DNA of 63,493 bases, filler included, from Reclinomonas americana ATCC 50394 (lineage: Eukaryota): assembly GCA_048213135.1 (NCBI GenBank). It is 17 parts of 17 records of this genome, joined end to end, with 100 filler letters (N's around TTAATTAATTAA, not from the genome) between each part and the next. Parts side by side here need not be neighbours in the genome. Positions count along the whole stretch, not along the records: positions 44,860 to 50,585 come from AFZH01018193.1; positions 50,686 to 52,872 come from AFZH01018195.1; positions 52,973 to 56,382 come from AFZH01018196.1; positions 56,483 to 59,657 come from AFZH01018197.1; 13 more parts are not named here. One strand, given 5' to 3'. The position numbers and the translations under genes were made by a program. Positions 45,345 through 56,755 of the stretch are shown here, in pieces (position 1 is the stretch's first letter; each line of letters starts with the position of its first letter). The notes under the pieces are model-generated. The model had not been told where the DNA came from. It made no database searches and worked only from the letters and a program-made list of their open reading frames with translations.

Positions 45345-46415
45345 ATGACCACGCCTGAGTTCCTGTGCAAGTGCCTGCCTGGACAAGTTGACACGGTGAA
45401 CTTTTCTGTTGCCACCGCTCCCGATGGCACGCACATTGTGAGTGGCGGCTCCGATGACACAGTGCGTGTGTGGTCACTGGCGACTGCAAAGGAAGTGCAA
45501 CGGTTGGAGGGGCACGCGGGAGGGGTGATGGCTGCCGCCGTCACCCCCGACGGCATGCACATGGTGAGCGGTGGTCAAGACAAGACCGTGCGTGTGTGGT
45601 CGCTGGTAAGAGGGGAGGAGGTGAGACGACTCGAGGGACACACTGACTGGGTGACCGCAGTCGCCACCACTGTCGACGGCCAACACGTTGTGAGTGGCAG
45701 TGAGGACAAGACAGTGCGTGTGTGGTCGCTGGAGAGCGGAGAGGAGGTGCGACGAATAGAGGGACACGCACACAAGGTGTTTGGCGTTGCTGTCACTCGC
45801 GATGGTCAGCACGTTGTGAGTGGGAGTGGGGACAGAACTGTGCGTGTGTGGTCATTGGCGAGCGGCGAAGAAGTGCGACGGCTGGAGGGACACACTGGAG
45901 GGGTTTTTTGTGTTGCCCTCGCTCCCGATGATCGCCTTGTCGTGAGTGGTGACTCCGACAAGACTGTGCGTGTGTGGTCGCTGACGAGTGGCGAAGTGGT
46001 GAGGCTGCTGGAAGGGCACACGCACAGCGTGTTGTGTGTCGCTGTCACACCGAATGGCCTGCACGTTGTGAGCGGCAGTCAGGACAACTCCATTCGTGTG
46101 TGGTCTGTGACGAGTGGAGCCGAGGTGCGACGACTGGAGGGGCACGGTCAGGCGGTCAACTCTGTCGCCGTCACACCCTGCGGTCAGCACATTGTTAGTG
46201 GGAGCAACGACGAGACAGTACGAGTGTGGTCCACGCCATTCGGTCTCGCTCGGCACGAACTCGACTGTGCTCGATTGGCGATGCGCGCGGTGCAAGAGGA
46301 TGACGAACCAGCTGGCCAGCGTTGCCTCGTTGAAGTGGTGCTGCGTTGTTTCGTGGTCGAGGATGCCGAAGTCATTGTTCATCGGTGTTCTGCAGACAGC
46401 AGTCTTCGACTGTAA
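45345..46415 (+). CDS. Array WD40 protein W16
   Basis: 7 WD40 + tail. Confidence 0.9.
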   Translation: MTTPEFLCKCLPGQVDTVNFSVATAPDGTHIVSGGSDDTVRVWSLATAKEVQRLEGHAGGVMAAAVTPDGMHMVSGGQDKTVRVWSLVRGEEVRRLEGHTDWVTAVATTVDGQHVVSGSEDKTVRVWSLESGEEVRRIEGHAHKVFGVAVTRDGQHVVSGSGDRTVRVWSLASGEEVRRLEGHTGGVFCVALAPDDRLVVSGDSDKTVRVWSLTSGEVVRLLEGHTHSVLCVAVTPNGLHVVSGSQDNSIRVWSVTSGAEVRRLEGHGQAVNSVAVTPCGQHIVSGSNDETVRVWSTPFGLARHELDCARLAMRAVQEDDEPAGQRCLVEVVLRCFVVEDAEVIVHRCSADSSLRL

Positions 46416-46576
46416 AGTCTCTCTCCCTCCTTTCTTTTCTTGTCTCGCTCGTTGTCGTGTCCACTGTCGACTTGCGCGGCCCTGCATAAAACACCGCCAC
46501 CATGATAACCATGATGGTTGAAGCACGTCCCTGCCACGCCCCTTGTCCTTCACTTCTATTCCTCCTCGCACGCGTG

Positions 46577-47656
46577 ATGACCTCTCCTCCCTTCCTGTAC
46601 AAGTGCCTGCATGGACACGCTGGCGCTGTAAACTGTGTCGCGGTCACTTACGATGGTGTGCACATTGTGAGCGGTGGTCAAGACAAGAGTGTACGGGTGT
46701 GGTCATTGTCGACTGCACAAGAAGTGCGGCGGTTAGAGGGGCACACTGAGTGGGTACTGTCTGTTGCCATCACTCCCAATGGCCAGCACATCGTGAGTGG
46801 GAGTCAGGACAAGACGGTGCGTGTGTGGCTGCTGGCGAGTGGCGAGGAAGTCCGCCGACTCGAGGGGCATACTGAGTGGGTGACAGCAGTTGCCGTCACT
46901 GTCGACGGCCAACACGTTGTGAGTGGCAGTGAGGACGCGACAGTGCGTGTGTGGTTGCTGGCGAGCGGAGAGGAGGTGCGACGATTCGAGGGACACACTT
47001 GGTGGGTGCGATCTGTTGCTGTCACCCCCGACGGTCAATATGTTGTGAGTGGAAGTTCAGATAGGACTGTGCGAGTGTGGTCACTGGCGAGTGGCGAGGA
47101 GGTGCGGCGATTGAAGAGTCACGTCAGTCCGGTGCGGTCTGTGGCAGTCACTGTCGATGGCCATCACATCGTGAGCGGAGGCTTCGATATGACAGTGCGA
47201 GTGTGGTCGCTGGCGAGTGGAGTGGAGACACATCAGTTTCAGGGACACACTGGTTGGGTGTGGGCTGTCGCCGTCACTCCCGATAGCCAAAATGTTGTCA
47301 GTGGCAGTACTAGTAACGACAGGACCGTGCGAGTGTGGTCGTTGGCCAGCGGGGAGGAAGTGTGGCGCTCGCAGGGTCACGTCAGTGAAGTCTCCTCTAT
47401 CGCCGTCGCACCCAATGGACAGCACTTTGTGAGTGCAGGTGGTGGCGGGTCGATACGAGTGTGGTCCACGCCGCTCGGTCTCGCACGGCAGGAGCTCGAT
47501 TGTGCTCGATTGGCGATGCGCGTTGTGCAGGAGAAGGAGATGCAGGAGGAGCGAGATCCGCGTTGCCTGGTGGAGATTGTTCTGCGCTGCTTCGTGGTCG
47601 AGGAGGGCGAGGTCGTGGTTTATCGATGTTCTGCCGACAGCAGTCTTCGACTGTGA
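46577..47656 (+). CDS. Array WD40 protein W17
   Basis: 7 WD40 + tail. Confidence 0.9.
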   Translation: MTSPPFLYKCLHGHAGAVNCVAVTYDGVHIVSGGQDKSVRVWSLSTAQEVRRLEGHTEWVLSVAITPNGQHIVSGSQDKTVRVWLLASGEEVRRLEGHTEWVTAVAVTVDGQHVVSGSEDATVRVWLLASGEEVRRFEGHTWWVRSVAVTPDGQYVVSGSSDRTVRVWSLASGEEVRRLKSHVSPVRSVAVTVDGHHIVSGGFDMTVRVWSLASGVETHQFQGHTGWVWAVAVTPDSQNVVSGSTSNDRTVRVWSLASGEEVWRSQGHVSEVSSIAVAPNGQHFVSAGGGGSIRVWSTPLGLARQELDCARLAMRVVQEKEMQEERDPRCLVEIVLRCFVVEEGEVVVYRCSADSSLRL

Positions 47657-47782
47657 AGTCTCCCTCCTTTCTTTTCTTGTCTCTTGTCAACTGTCTAATG
47701 TAGAGGTCTTGCGCTCCGCCAACATCATGTCGGTGTCCCCGCGCCCCACTTGTCCTTCACTTCACCTCCTCGCCGGCACGCC

Positions 47783-48889
47783 ATGGCCACTCCTCGTTTC
47801 CTGTGCAAGTGCCTGCATGGACACATTGGTACCGTGAACTGTGTCGCCGTCACTCTCGATGGCACGCATGTTGTGAGCGGTGGTCAAGACAAGATTGTGC
47901 GTGTGTGGTCACTGGCGAGTGGGAAAGAAGTGCGACGGTTAGAGGGGCACACTGAGTGGGTACTGTCTGTTGCCATCACTCCCAATGGCCAGCACATCGT
48001 GAGTGGGAGTCAGGACAAGACGGTGCGTGTGTGGCTGCTGGCGAGTGGCGAGAAAGTCCGCCGACTCGAGGGGCATACTGAGTGGGTGACCGCAGTCGCC
48101 ACCACTGTCGACGGCCAACACGTTGTGAGTGGCAGTGAGGACGCGACAGTGCGTGTGTGGTTGCTGGCGAACGGAGAGGAGGTGCGACGATTCGAGGGAC
48201 ATCAATCGTATGTGAGATCTGTCGCCTTCACCCCCGATGGCCAGCACGTCGTGAGTGGGAGTGCAGACATGACGGTGCGAGTGTGGTCTCTGGTGAGTGG
48301 CGAGGAGGTGCGGCGGTTGAAGGGACACTCTAGTGGAGTGCGGTCTGTCGCCGTCACTCCCGATGGTCAGCACGTAGTCGGCGGCAGTCTGGACAAGAGC
48401 GTGCGGGTGTGGTCGCTGGCAACTGGCGAGGAAGTGTGGCGGTTTGAGGTGCACCCTCAAATGGTGTTTTCTGTGGCCGTCACGCACGATGGTCAACGCA
48501 TTGTCAGTGGGAGTACTGACGGTGGAGTGCGCGTTTGGTCTCTTGATCTAGTGGCGAGCGGATCCAAAGGCGAAGAAGTGCGACGTCTGGAGGGGCACGA
48601 GCATGCAGTCAGCTCTGTCGCCTTCACACCCTGCGGCCAGCACATTATTAGTGGGAGCCTCGACAAGACGGTGCGTGTATGGTCCACGCCGCTCGGTCTC
48701 GCGCGGCAGGAGCTCGACTGTGCTCGATTGGCGATGCGCGCTGTACAACAAGAGATGCAGGCAAAGGAGGTGGAGGATGACGAGCGAGATCTGCGTTGCC
48801 TGGTGGAGATTGTTCTGCGCTGCTTCGTGGTCGAGGAGGCCGAGGTCGTGGCGTATCGATGTTCTGCAGACAGCAGTCTTCGACTGTGA
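47783..48889 (+). CDS. Array WD40 protein W18
   Basis: 7 WD40 + tail. Confidence 0.9.
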   Translation: MATPRFLCKCLHGHIGTVNCVAVTLDGTHVVSGGQDKIVRVWSLASGKEVRRLEGHTEWVLSVAITPNGQHIVSGSQDKTVRVWLLASGEKVRRLEGHTEWVTAVATTVDGQHVVSGSEDATVRVWLLANGEEVRRFEGHQSYVRSVAFTPDGQHVVSGSADMTVRVWSLVSGEEVRRLKGHSSGVRSVAVTPDGQHVVGGSLDKSVRVWSLATGEEVWRFEVHPQMVFSVAVTHDGQRIVSGSTDGGVRVWSLDLVASGSKGEEVRRLEGHEHAVSSVAFTPCGQHIISGSLDKTVRVWSTPLGLARQELDCARLAMRAVQQEMQAKEVEDDERDLRCLVEIVLRCFVVEEAEVVAYRCSADSSLRL

Positions 48890-49019
48890 AGTCGTGTTTC
48901 TGTCTCTTGTCAACTGTCTAATGTAGAGGTCTTGCGCTCCGCCAACATCGTCATGTCGGTGTGACTATGTCCCCGCGCCCCACTTGTCCTTCACTTCACC
49001 TCCTCACGCATATGCATGC

Positions 49020-50111
49020 ATGACCACGCCTCGTTTCCTGTGCAAGTGCCTGCATGGACACATTGGTACCGTGAACTGTGTCGCCGTCACTCCCGATGGC
49101 ACGCATGTTGTGAGCGGTGGTTGGGGCGGCACGGTGCGAGTGTGGTCACTGGCGAGTGGGAAAGAAGTGCGATGGTTGGAGGGACACGTGGGTTTGGTGC
49201 ACTCGGTCACTGTCACCCCCGATGGTCAGCATGTGGTGAGCGGGAGTCAAGACAAGACTGTGCGTGTGTGGCGGCTGGCGAGTGGCGAGGAAGTGCGCCG
49301 ACTGGAGGGACACACGGACTGGGTGACCACAGTCGCCACTGCTCTCAGTGGTCGACACACTGTGAGTGGCAGTGAGGACACGACCGTGCGTGTGTGGTCC
49401 CTGGCAAGTGGGGAGGAGGTGCTTCGATTCGAGGGACATCAATCGTATGTGAGATCTGTCGCCTTTACTCCAGATTCCCAGCATGTTGTGAGTGGGAGTG
49501 CAGACATGACGGTGCGAGTGTGGTCTCTGGTGAGTGGCGAGGAGGTGCGGCGGTTGAAGGGACGTGCCAGTGGGGTGTGGTCTGTCGCCGTCACTCCCGA
49601 TGGTCAGCACGTAGTCGGCGGCAGTCTGGACAAGAGCGTGCGGGTGTGGTCACTGGCAACTGGCGAGGAAGTGTGGCGGTTTGAGGTGCTCGCTCAACTG
49701 GTGTTTTCTGTGGCCGTCACACATGACAGTCGGCACATTGTCAGTGGGAGTGCTGACGGTGAAGTGCGCGTTTGGTCTTTCAATCTGCTGGCGAGCGGAT
49801 CCAAAGGCGAAGAAGTGCGACGTCTGGAGGGGCATGGGCATGCAGTCAACTCTGTCAACGTCACGCCCTGCGGCCAGCACATTGTTAGTGGGAGCAGCGA
49901 CAAGACCGTGCGTGTGTGGTCCACGCCGCTCGGTCTCGCTCGGCAGGAGCTCGATTGTGCTCGATCCGCGATGCGCGCGGTGCAGCTGCAAGCGGAGGCC
50001 GGCGAACGCGGCCAGCGTTGCCTCGTTGAAATGGTGCTGCGCTGCTTTGTGGTCGAGGAGGCCGAGGTCGTCGTTTATCGATGTTCTGCAGGCAGCTGTC
50101 TTCGATTGTGA
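49020..50111 (+). CDS. Array WD40 protein W19
   Basis: 7 WD40 + tail. Confidence 0.9.
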   Translation: MTTPRFLCKCLHGHIGTVNCVAVTPDGTHVVSGGWGGTVRVWSLASGKEVRWLEGHVGLVHSVTVTPDGQHVVSGSQDKTVRVWRLASGEEVRRLEGHTDWVTTVATALSGRHTVSGSEDTTVRVWSLASGEEVLRFEGHQSYVRSVAFTPDSQHVVSGSADMTVRVWSLVSGEEVRRLKGRASGVWSVAVTPDGQHVVGGSLDKSVRVWSLATGEEVWRFEVLAQLVFSVAVTHDSRHIVSGSADGEVRVWSFNLLASGSKGEEVRRLEGHGHAVNSVNVTPCGQHIVSGSSDKTVRVWSTPLGLARQELDCARSAMRAVQLQAEAGERGQRCLVEMVLRCFVVEEAEVVVYRCSAGSCLRL

Positions 50112-50270
50112 CCTCCGTTCTTGTCTTGTCTCTCTCGCTCTCTTGTCAACTGTCTAGTGAACAGGACTTGCCTGCATAGAACACCGCCAACGACGTCATG
50201 TGCGACTCTGCAGTGCAGTTCGTCCCCTCGCCCCCCGCAGTTTCCACTTTCCGCCCCTGCTCACTGTACA

Positions 50271-50585
50271 ATGACCACTCCTCCTTTCCTGTGCAAGTGC
50301 CTGCGTGGACACATAAACACGGTGAACTGTGTCGCTGTCACTCCCGATGGCACGCACATTGTGAGTGGTGGTCAAGACAAGACAGTGCGAGTGTGGTCGT
50401 TAACGACTGCAAAGCAAGTGCGAAAGTTGGAGGGACACAACAGTACGGTGCACGCGGTTGCTGTCACCCCCGATGGTGAGCACATCGTGAGCGGGAGTGG
50501 GGACAAGACTGTGCGTGTGTGGTCACTGGCGAGTGGCGAGGAAGTGCGCCGACTGGAGGGACACGCAGACTGGGTGACAGCAGTT
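50271..50585 (+). CDS. Array WD40 protein W20 (3' end lost in gap)
   Basis: MTTPPFLCKCL start; two full repeats and the start of a third. Confidence 0.85.
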
Positions 50586-50685
50586 NNNNNNNNNNNNNNN
50601 NNNNNNNNNNNNNNNNNNNNNNNNNNNNNTTAATTAATTAANNNNNNNNNNNNNNNNNNNNNNNNNNNNNNNNNNNNNNNNNNNN

Positions 50686-51705
50686 CGGCGTGAGCATGTC
50701 TCTGCTGCTGCGCCAGTTCCGGTTCCTCCAAGCCCGGCGCCATTGTCGCGGCCCTTGAACGTGCCCTCGTCGCGACCGCCGTCGTCACCACCACCACCAC
50801 CACCACCACCGGTGCCGTTGCCGTTGCCGGCGCGAGCACCCGCTCCTTCACAACCGCAGCCGCAGCAGCAGCAGGTGCAAATGCCACAGCCGCCGCAGCC
50901 GCAGCAGCGACGTCGCGGGAGGTATCGGTACAAGCATGCCGACGTCGATCCCGAAGTCGTATTCTCCAAGCCACTGCCTGAGAATCTGCCGGTTCGTGCA
51001 CGTGGGCGATTTAGGGCACTGACGTTCATCCGCCTCATGCTGCTCTTGTTTTTCTTCTTGGTTTTGTTTCCTCCGCAGACCGATGGGACTCGTCTGAAGC
51101 TCATCAGTTTCATCCGTGAGAACCGGGCGCTGCCGACAAAGAGCACCAATACCAATCTGCGAAAAGCTCTGGACCTGGTGGTACGTAATGCCACGCGTGG
51201 CTACATTACGGACCCGCGCATCGAGGTCATTATGGAGCTGTGCGCTGCCGTCTACGCACTCAGGGACCGCAAGTCGCCCATCCACGAGCTCATCTCTTTC
51301 CTCGAGAAGGAGAAACGGCGCCCCGTTCGTTCCAGCAAGTACAGACCAGGGGATGCGGCAGCTGCCGCAGTCCTCAAGAAGATTGAGAGGCTGGGCACGT
51401 ACAAACGACACCCGCGCTTTGGTCGGGTGGTGGAGCTGATGGAACAGTACAGCCCGGACAAGCCTCTGCGCATCGGCGCGAAGGGGAGGGCCAGAATGGA
51501 GGCGGCGAACAAGGCCGAGGGCTTGGATCGTGCAGCAGGGGCACAGAAGAGACCCAGACAAGACCGCGAGGACGAGGATGATGATGACGACGACGACGAC
51601 GACGTAAGAATGCTCAGCGACGAGGATGATGGCGGCCGCAGCAGTGATGAGGAGGACGCGGACGTGGGGTGGCCGCCGAGTAAGAGGCCGAACCACCGCC
51701 GCTGA
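50686..51705 (+). CDS. Orphan protein, 5' end probably in the gap; Pro/Gln-rich, basic helical core, acidic tail with NLS-like ends; probable intron 50992-51078
   Basis: Long open frame; 87-nt GT...CTGAC...polypyrimidine-CAG segment is in frame; QKRPR and PSKRPNHRR motifs. Confidence 0.6.
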   Translation, partial: RREHVSAAAPVPVPPSPAPLSRPLNVPSSRPPSSPPPPPPPPVPLPLPARAPAPSQPQPQQQQVQMPQPPQPQQRRRGRYRYKHADVDPEVVFSKPLPENLPVRARGRFRALTFIRLMLLLFFFLVLFPPQTDGTRLKLISFIRENRALPTKSTNTNLRKALDLVVRNATRGYITDPRIEVIMELCAAVYALRDRKSPIHELISFLEKEKRRPVRSSKYRPGDAAAAAVLKKIERLGTYKRHPRFGRVVELMEQYSPDKPLRIGAKGRARMEAANKAEGLDRAAGAQKRPRQDREDEDDDDDDDDDVRMLSDEDDGGRSSDEEDADVGWPPSKRPNHRR

Positions 51706-51962
51706 CGGCGAGGTTTGAAGTGTTCAGTTTACTTGTGATCGTGAACGGATTGAAGCGTTTTGCGTGCAACAGGAGAGAACCCACATGCATAGTAGTCAGG
51801 GGTCAAGGGCTACAGAACGTCACACTGCAGGGAAAAGGGTCAACATTGAGGGACGGCGTTGAGAGAGGCGTCATGGGTCATGGGGTCTTGGTGGCGGGGA
51901 TGCGACGGCAGCAAAATTAGAACCATCGCGTCGCCACCGCAACACCCAGCTTACCATGTGCG

Positions 51963-52157
51963 CCACGAAATCCTTTTGAGGCCAACACGTGTTTGATTGG
52001 CTTTGCCTCCTCGAAGGGAAGATGACTGCTGGAGAAGAGATGCTATTGATGTCGTGCCAAGGTCACTGTCGGCAATATTAATTGCAAGGGATTTGGGGAA
52101 TTCGAAGGTTGTCACATTATTGGAATGCATATGCGCATGCGGTGAACAAAGTGTTTT
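51963..52157 (+). repeat. Dispersed repeat, copy 2 (of 21691-21866)
   Basis: Near-identical first ~45 nt, then gapped similarity. Confidence 0.88.
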
Positions 52158-52303
52158 GTTTTCATGTGTCTGCACAGCGCACTCCTCCTTGTCAGTAAAA
52201 CAACCCAAGCGCTCCCAGCCCCCATACACTGGCGGAAACTGAATGAAGTTGTCGCCGCGTCCCCAACACGCGCACGCAGGACACACACACATAACACAAC
52301 GAA

Positions 52304-52766
52304 ATGCACAGCGCCGACGAGCGCGCGTCGTCCACCACACGCCACTCGCACACGCCCTCGCTACACTATGACTCCACCTCATCCATGAGCACCTCCGCCT
52401 CCTCTCTGCGCCGCGCACACCGCGCCCAGCACCACCAACCAAACTCGGGTTACGAAAGTGGCGCCAGTTTGCTCCTCGACACGCTGGGTGGCGGTAACAC
52501 GACGGGCGGCGAGGAGTCTGCGGCCAGTGAGTCACACGTGTCGGCGCACTTGTCGGCGGCCGAAGTGGCGGCTGCTGTGGCCTCGGTGCAGAGGGTGTCG
52601 GCGAGTGGGGGAGAGCCTCTGGTGGTGCTGCAGTTTGCCACGAGGACTGTGCGGTGGGCGGTGAGTGTGGGGGGGAGACGGAGAGAGGGGAAGGGAGGGA
52701 GGGAGGGAGGGATTGCGTGTGCACTCTGCTCAATCTCTCATTGACGCTCTCACGGAATGACACGTG

Positions 52767-52856
<90 letters not shown>

Positions 52857-55800
52857 GAGGAGACGACGACGTNNNNNNNNNNNNNNNNNNNNNNNNNNNN
52901 NNNNNNNNNNNNNNNNTTAATTAATTAANNNNNNNNNNNNNNNNNNNNNNNNNNNNNNNNNNNNNNNNNNNNACAAAGGAGTCACGCACTTACCCACACT
53001 CTGCACACATATACACACATTCCCTCTCCCTCTCATTGTCTCTGCTCCTGCCGCTCTTTCTCTTTCCGCACTCCTCCTCACTCTGTCTTGCACACACATT
53101 CGCTTTCCCTGTGTCTAGCTGTCTCACTGCGTTCACTCACATTCTCTCGTTCACCCCCATACGCACGCTTTCTCTCTTTATCTTTTCCTTCTTTCCCTTC
53201 CCCACTTTCTGTCTCCATCTCCCTCTCCCCTTCAGCCACGCACTCTACACACTCTCTCATGCACACATTCCCTCTCCCTCGCACTGTTTCTGCTCATCCC
53301 TCTCGCTCTCTCTTGCACACACATTCACTCTCCGTATATCTAGCTGTCTCACTGCATTCTCTCACTTGCACGCCCGCGTTCACTCTCATGCGCATGCTCT
53401 CTCTCTCTCTCTCTCTCTCTTGTCCTTCTTTTCCCTCCACCCTCTCCCTCTCCTCGCCTTCTCTCCCTTCACCCTCACCCTCATTCTGGTCTCCCTATCC
53501 CTCTTTCAGGCCCTTCTCTGGACGGTGTTTGTACTGGCGGTGTACCTGGCCTCGGTCAACCCGCACGTGGCCGGCGGTGACAGCGCGGAACTCGTGGCAG
53601 CAGGTGCGCTCCGTCTCCTTCTGCCCCTCCATTCCCCTACTTCCTCTCACACAGCTCTCCCCTTCCAGCGTACTCATTCGGCGTGGCACATCCACCCGGC
53701 TTCCCACTGCTGATGCTGCTGACACGTGGATTCGTCGCGGTAATGGGACTGGTGGCACCGGCGACCTCGATTGCACTGCGTGCGAATGTGTTCAACGCGA
53801 TTCTGGCGGCGCTGGCCAGCGGAGTCGTGTTCCTCACGGCGGTGCGAGTGACGCGCAACAACGGCATTGGGGCGGCGCTCCTCGGCGCCGGCTTCTTCAC
53901 CTTTAGTCCGTCGGTGTGGCGGCAGGCGGTGTCGCTGGATGTGTTTGCGCTGAACAATCTGCTGTGCGCCGTCATGTTCTACCTGGTGGTGGAGTTCTCG
54001 GAGACGGTCAGCAAGTTGAGTTCGGCCACGGCGGTCGCATGGACACTGCCGCCTGTCGCGCCGCCAACTCAATCGCAACATCAACATCACCAACATGGTC
54101 CCGAGGCACTGTCGTCGTCGTCTTCATCGTCATCGTCGTCGGCGATAACCGCCTCGTCTGCGTCGTCGGGAGCGGGGGGCGCGGCCGAGACAGGGTCACC
54201 TGGGTCGTCGTCGTCGGCATCACGGCGGGCACGCATTCAGCAGCCGTTGACACCCGAGCATCCGTTGGTGGCACACGCGCTTCTCATGTCTCGCGTCTTG
54301 TGCCTGGTGTGCGGCTTGGGCCTCTGCCACTACCACACCCTCCTCTCGTTCGCGTTTCCCGTCTGCTCCTCGGTGTTGTACCACTTGATGCCAGTTGCGT
54401 GATGTGAGCTCTGCGTGACGTCTTGTCTTTTGCCACTCACTCTGTCTCTGTCGCAGATCTTTAGGCGATGGCCGACCCTGCTATGGAAAAACGTGGCGTT
54501 CTTTGCCGTCGGTCTCCTCCCACTCCTGTACATGCCACTCTCGGTGCTGTGGCAGCCGACAGTCACTTGGGGTGCGCTCGTTCTATCCCTTCCACATTTC
54601 AATCTCGCGACTTAGTTTGTGTGCAGGTGGCGTGGGTTCGGTGCGCGGACTGCTGCGCCACGTGCTGCGCGACGAGTACACCATGGTGCGCCCGCTGGCC
54701 GTGACCGGCACGCACAGCATGATGCCGACGTTTTCGCTGCCGAGCAACGACGTGTCGTGGATGGCGGTGGTGGATTTTGCGAGTTTCGTGCACACGGAAA
54801 CGCACGGCCTCGGTGTGACATTGGCACTCGGCGGCCTCCTGGTGCTCGTGCGTCACATGTACCTGACGCTGCGCGCTCGCCCCGTGTCGCGCATGTACAC
54901 AATGCGGCTGGTCTCCGAGTCGCTCTTCTTCTCGCTGGTCATGTACCTCATCACCTTCCGCTGGTTCATCAAGTGCCAGCCGCCGCCAATGCCCGCCAGC
55001 AACATGGTCGTGGGACCGCAGAGCATTGACCCCACCGACGCCATGCCGGCCACCGAGGCCTTTGGGCGCTTCTGGGTGCAACCGATGGCCGTGGTGGCGC
55101 TGCTGGTGGCCGTCGGCGCCAACTCGTTCGTCGAGGTGGTCGTCAGTCTGTGGGACGACTCGGCGCAGGTCAAGATGCTGATGATGAAGGCGCAGCAGGC
55201 GGCGCAGGTGCAACTCGAGTACGAGGCCGCCAACGCCGGCCCCTACGCCCCACGAGGAGCGTCATCGACGACCACGACGACATCAACAACAACAACAACA
55301 ACGACAACGACGACGACGGCCATGGCCGCAGCAGCAGCCGGCAGCAGCAAGTCCGCCGTGCGCTCGCGTCGCGGTGGAGCCGGAAGTGGCGGCAGTGGCA
55401 GTGGCAATGGCGGCGGCGCAAGCAACACCGCGTACCTCTCGTCCGGCAACAGTTCGGATCGCGGCTCCAGTCCCGCCCTGCTAGCCTCGCCGTCGCGCAT
55501 CTCGCGTATCGCCAGCTCCTTCCAGCAACAGCAGCAGGAGGGCGTCTCCTATCCGCTGGTGGTGTGCATGGTGGCGTTGGCCATTGCCGTCACCGGCGCG
55601 TCGACAGTCTTCACCGATGTCACGCGCTACAACAATGCGTTTGTGGAGGAGTTTGCGGCCGACGTGCTGCAGCCGCTGCCGTACGAGAGCATCCTGTTGG
55701 TCCACGGCGGCTTCTTGGCCGGCGCCGCCAGATACATGCAGCGGTGTCGAGACGTGCGACCCGACGTGCACGTCATCAATCAGGAGGTGATGTCGCAGCC

Positions 55801-56297
55801 GTGGTATGTGGACTCATTACGGCCGCACATGCCGGGCGTGGTGTTCCCGGCCAAGAGCTGGGGCTCCGGCCCCGACACGTTCACGATTGAGCAGTTTATC
55901 GCCGCCAACATGGGCAAGACCGATATTTTTGTCATTAGCGAGGCGCATCATGGTGAGGCACAGAGGGGAAGGGGAAGGAAAAGGGAAAGGGAGGGGAAGG
56001 GAAAGGGAGGGAGAAAGGAGATGAGGATGGATTAATTGGCGTGTGGGGACTGCAGGAGGGAGAGAGAGAGACCAGGAGGGAGAGGGGATGTAAGGAGGAT
56101 GGAAAGAGAGGCCAGAGCGTGAGAAGGAGATAAGAGAAGAGATGTCGGGAGCGGAGAAGAAGTGATGACGACGAGGTGAGGAGAAAGACCAGAACGGGAG
56201 AGGAGGAGAGAAATTGGCAATATATATCAAGTGGGAAGTGGGGCAGCAGGAAGACAGAAGAGATATCGGGAGCGGAGAATGACGAATTGCGGCATGG

Positions 56298-56344
<47 letters not shown>

Positions 56345-56721
56345 GAGGAGGAGGAGGGAGTAGGTAAGGAGGTAGTAGAAGANNNNNNNNNNNNNNNNNN
56401 NNNNNNNNNNNNNNNNNNNNNNNNNNTTAATTAATTAANNNNNNNNNNNNNNNNNNNNNNNNNNNNNNNNNNNNNNNNNNNNGAGAGAGAGAGAGACCAG
56501 GAGGGAGAGGGGATGTAAGGAGGATGGAAAGAGAGGCCAGTGCGTGAGAAGGAGATGAGAGAAGAGATGTCGGGAGCGGAGAAAAAGTGATGGCGACGAG
56601 GTGAGGAGAGAGAGCAGAACGAGAGAGGAGGAGAGAAATGTACGCCAGTGAGTGAGGGATGAAAAGGGGTGGCAGGATATATCAAGTGGGGAGTGGGGCA
56701 GCAGGAAGACAGAAGAGATAG

Positions 56722-56755
<34 letters not shown>

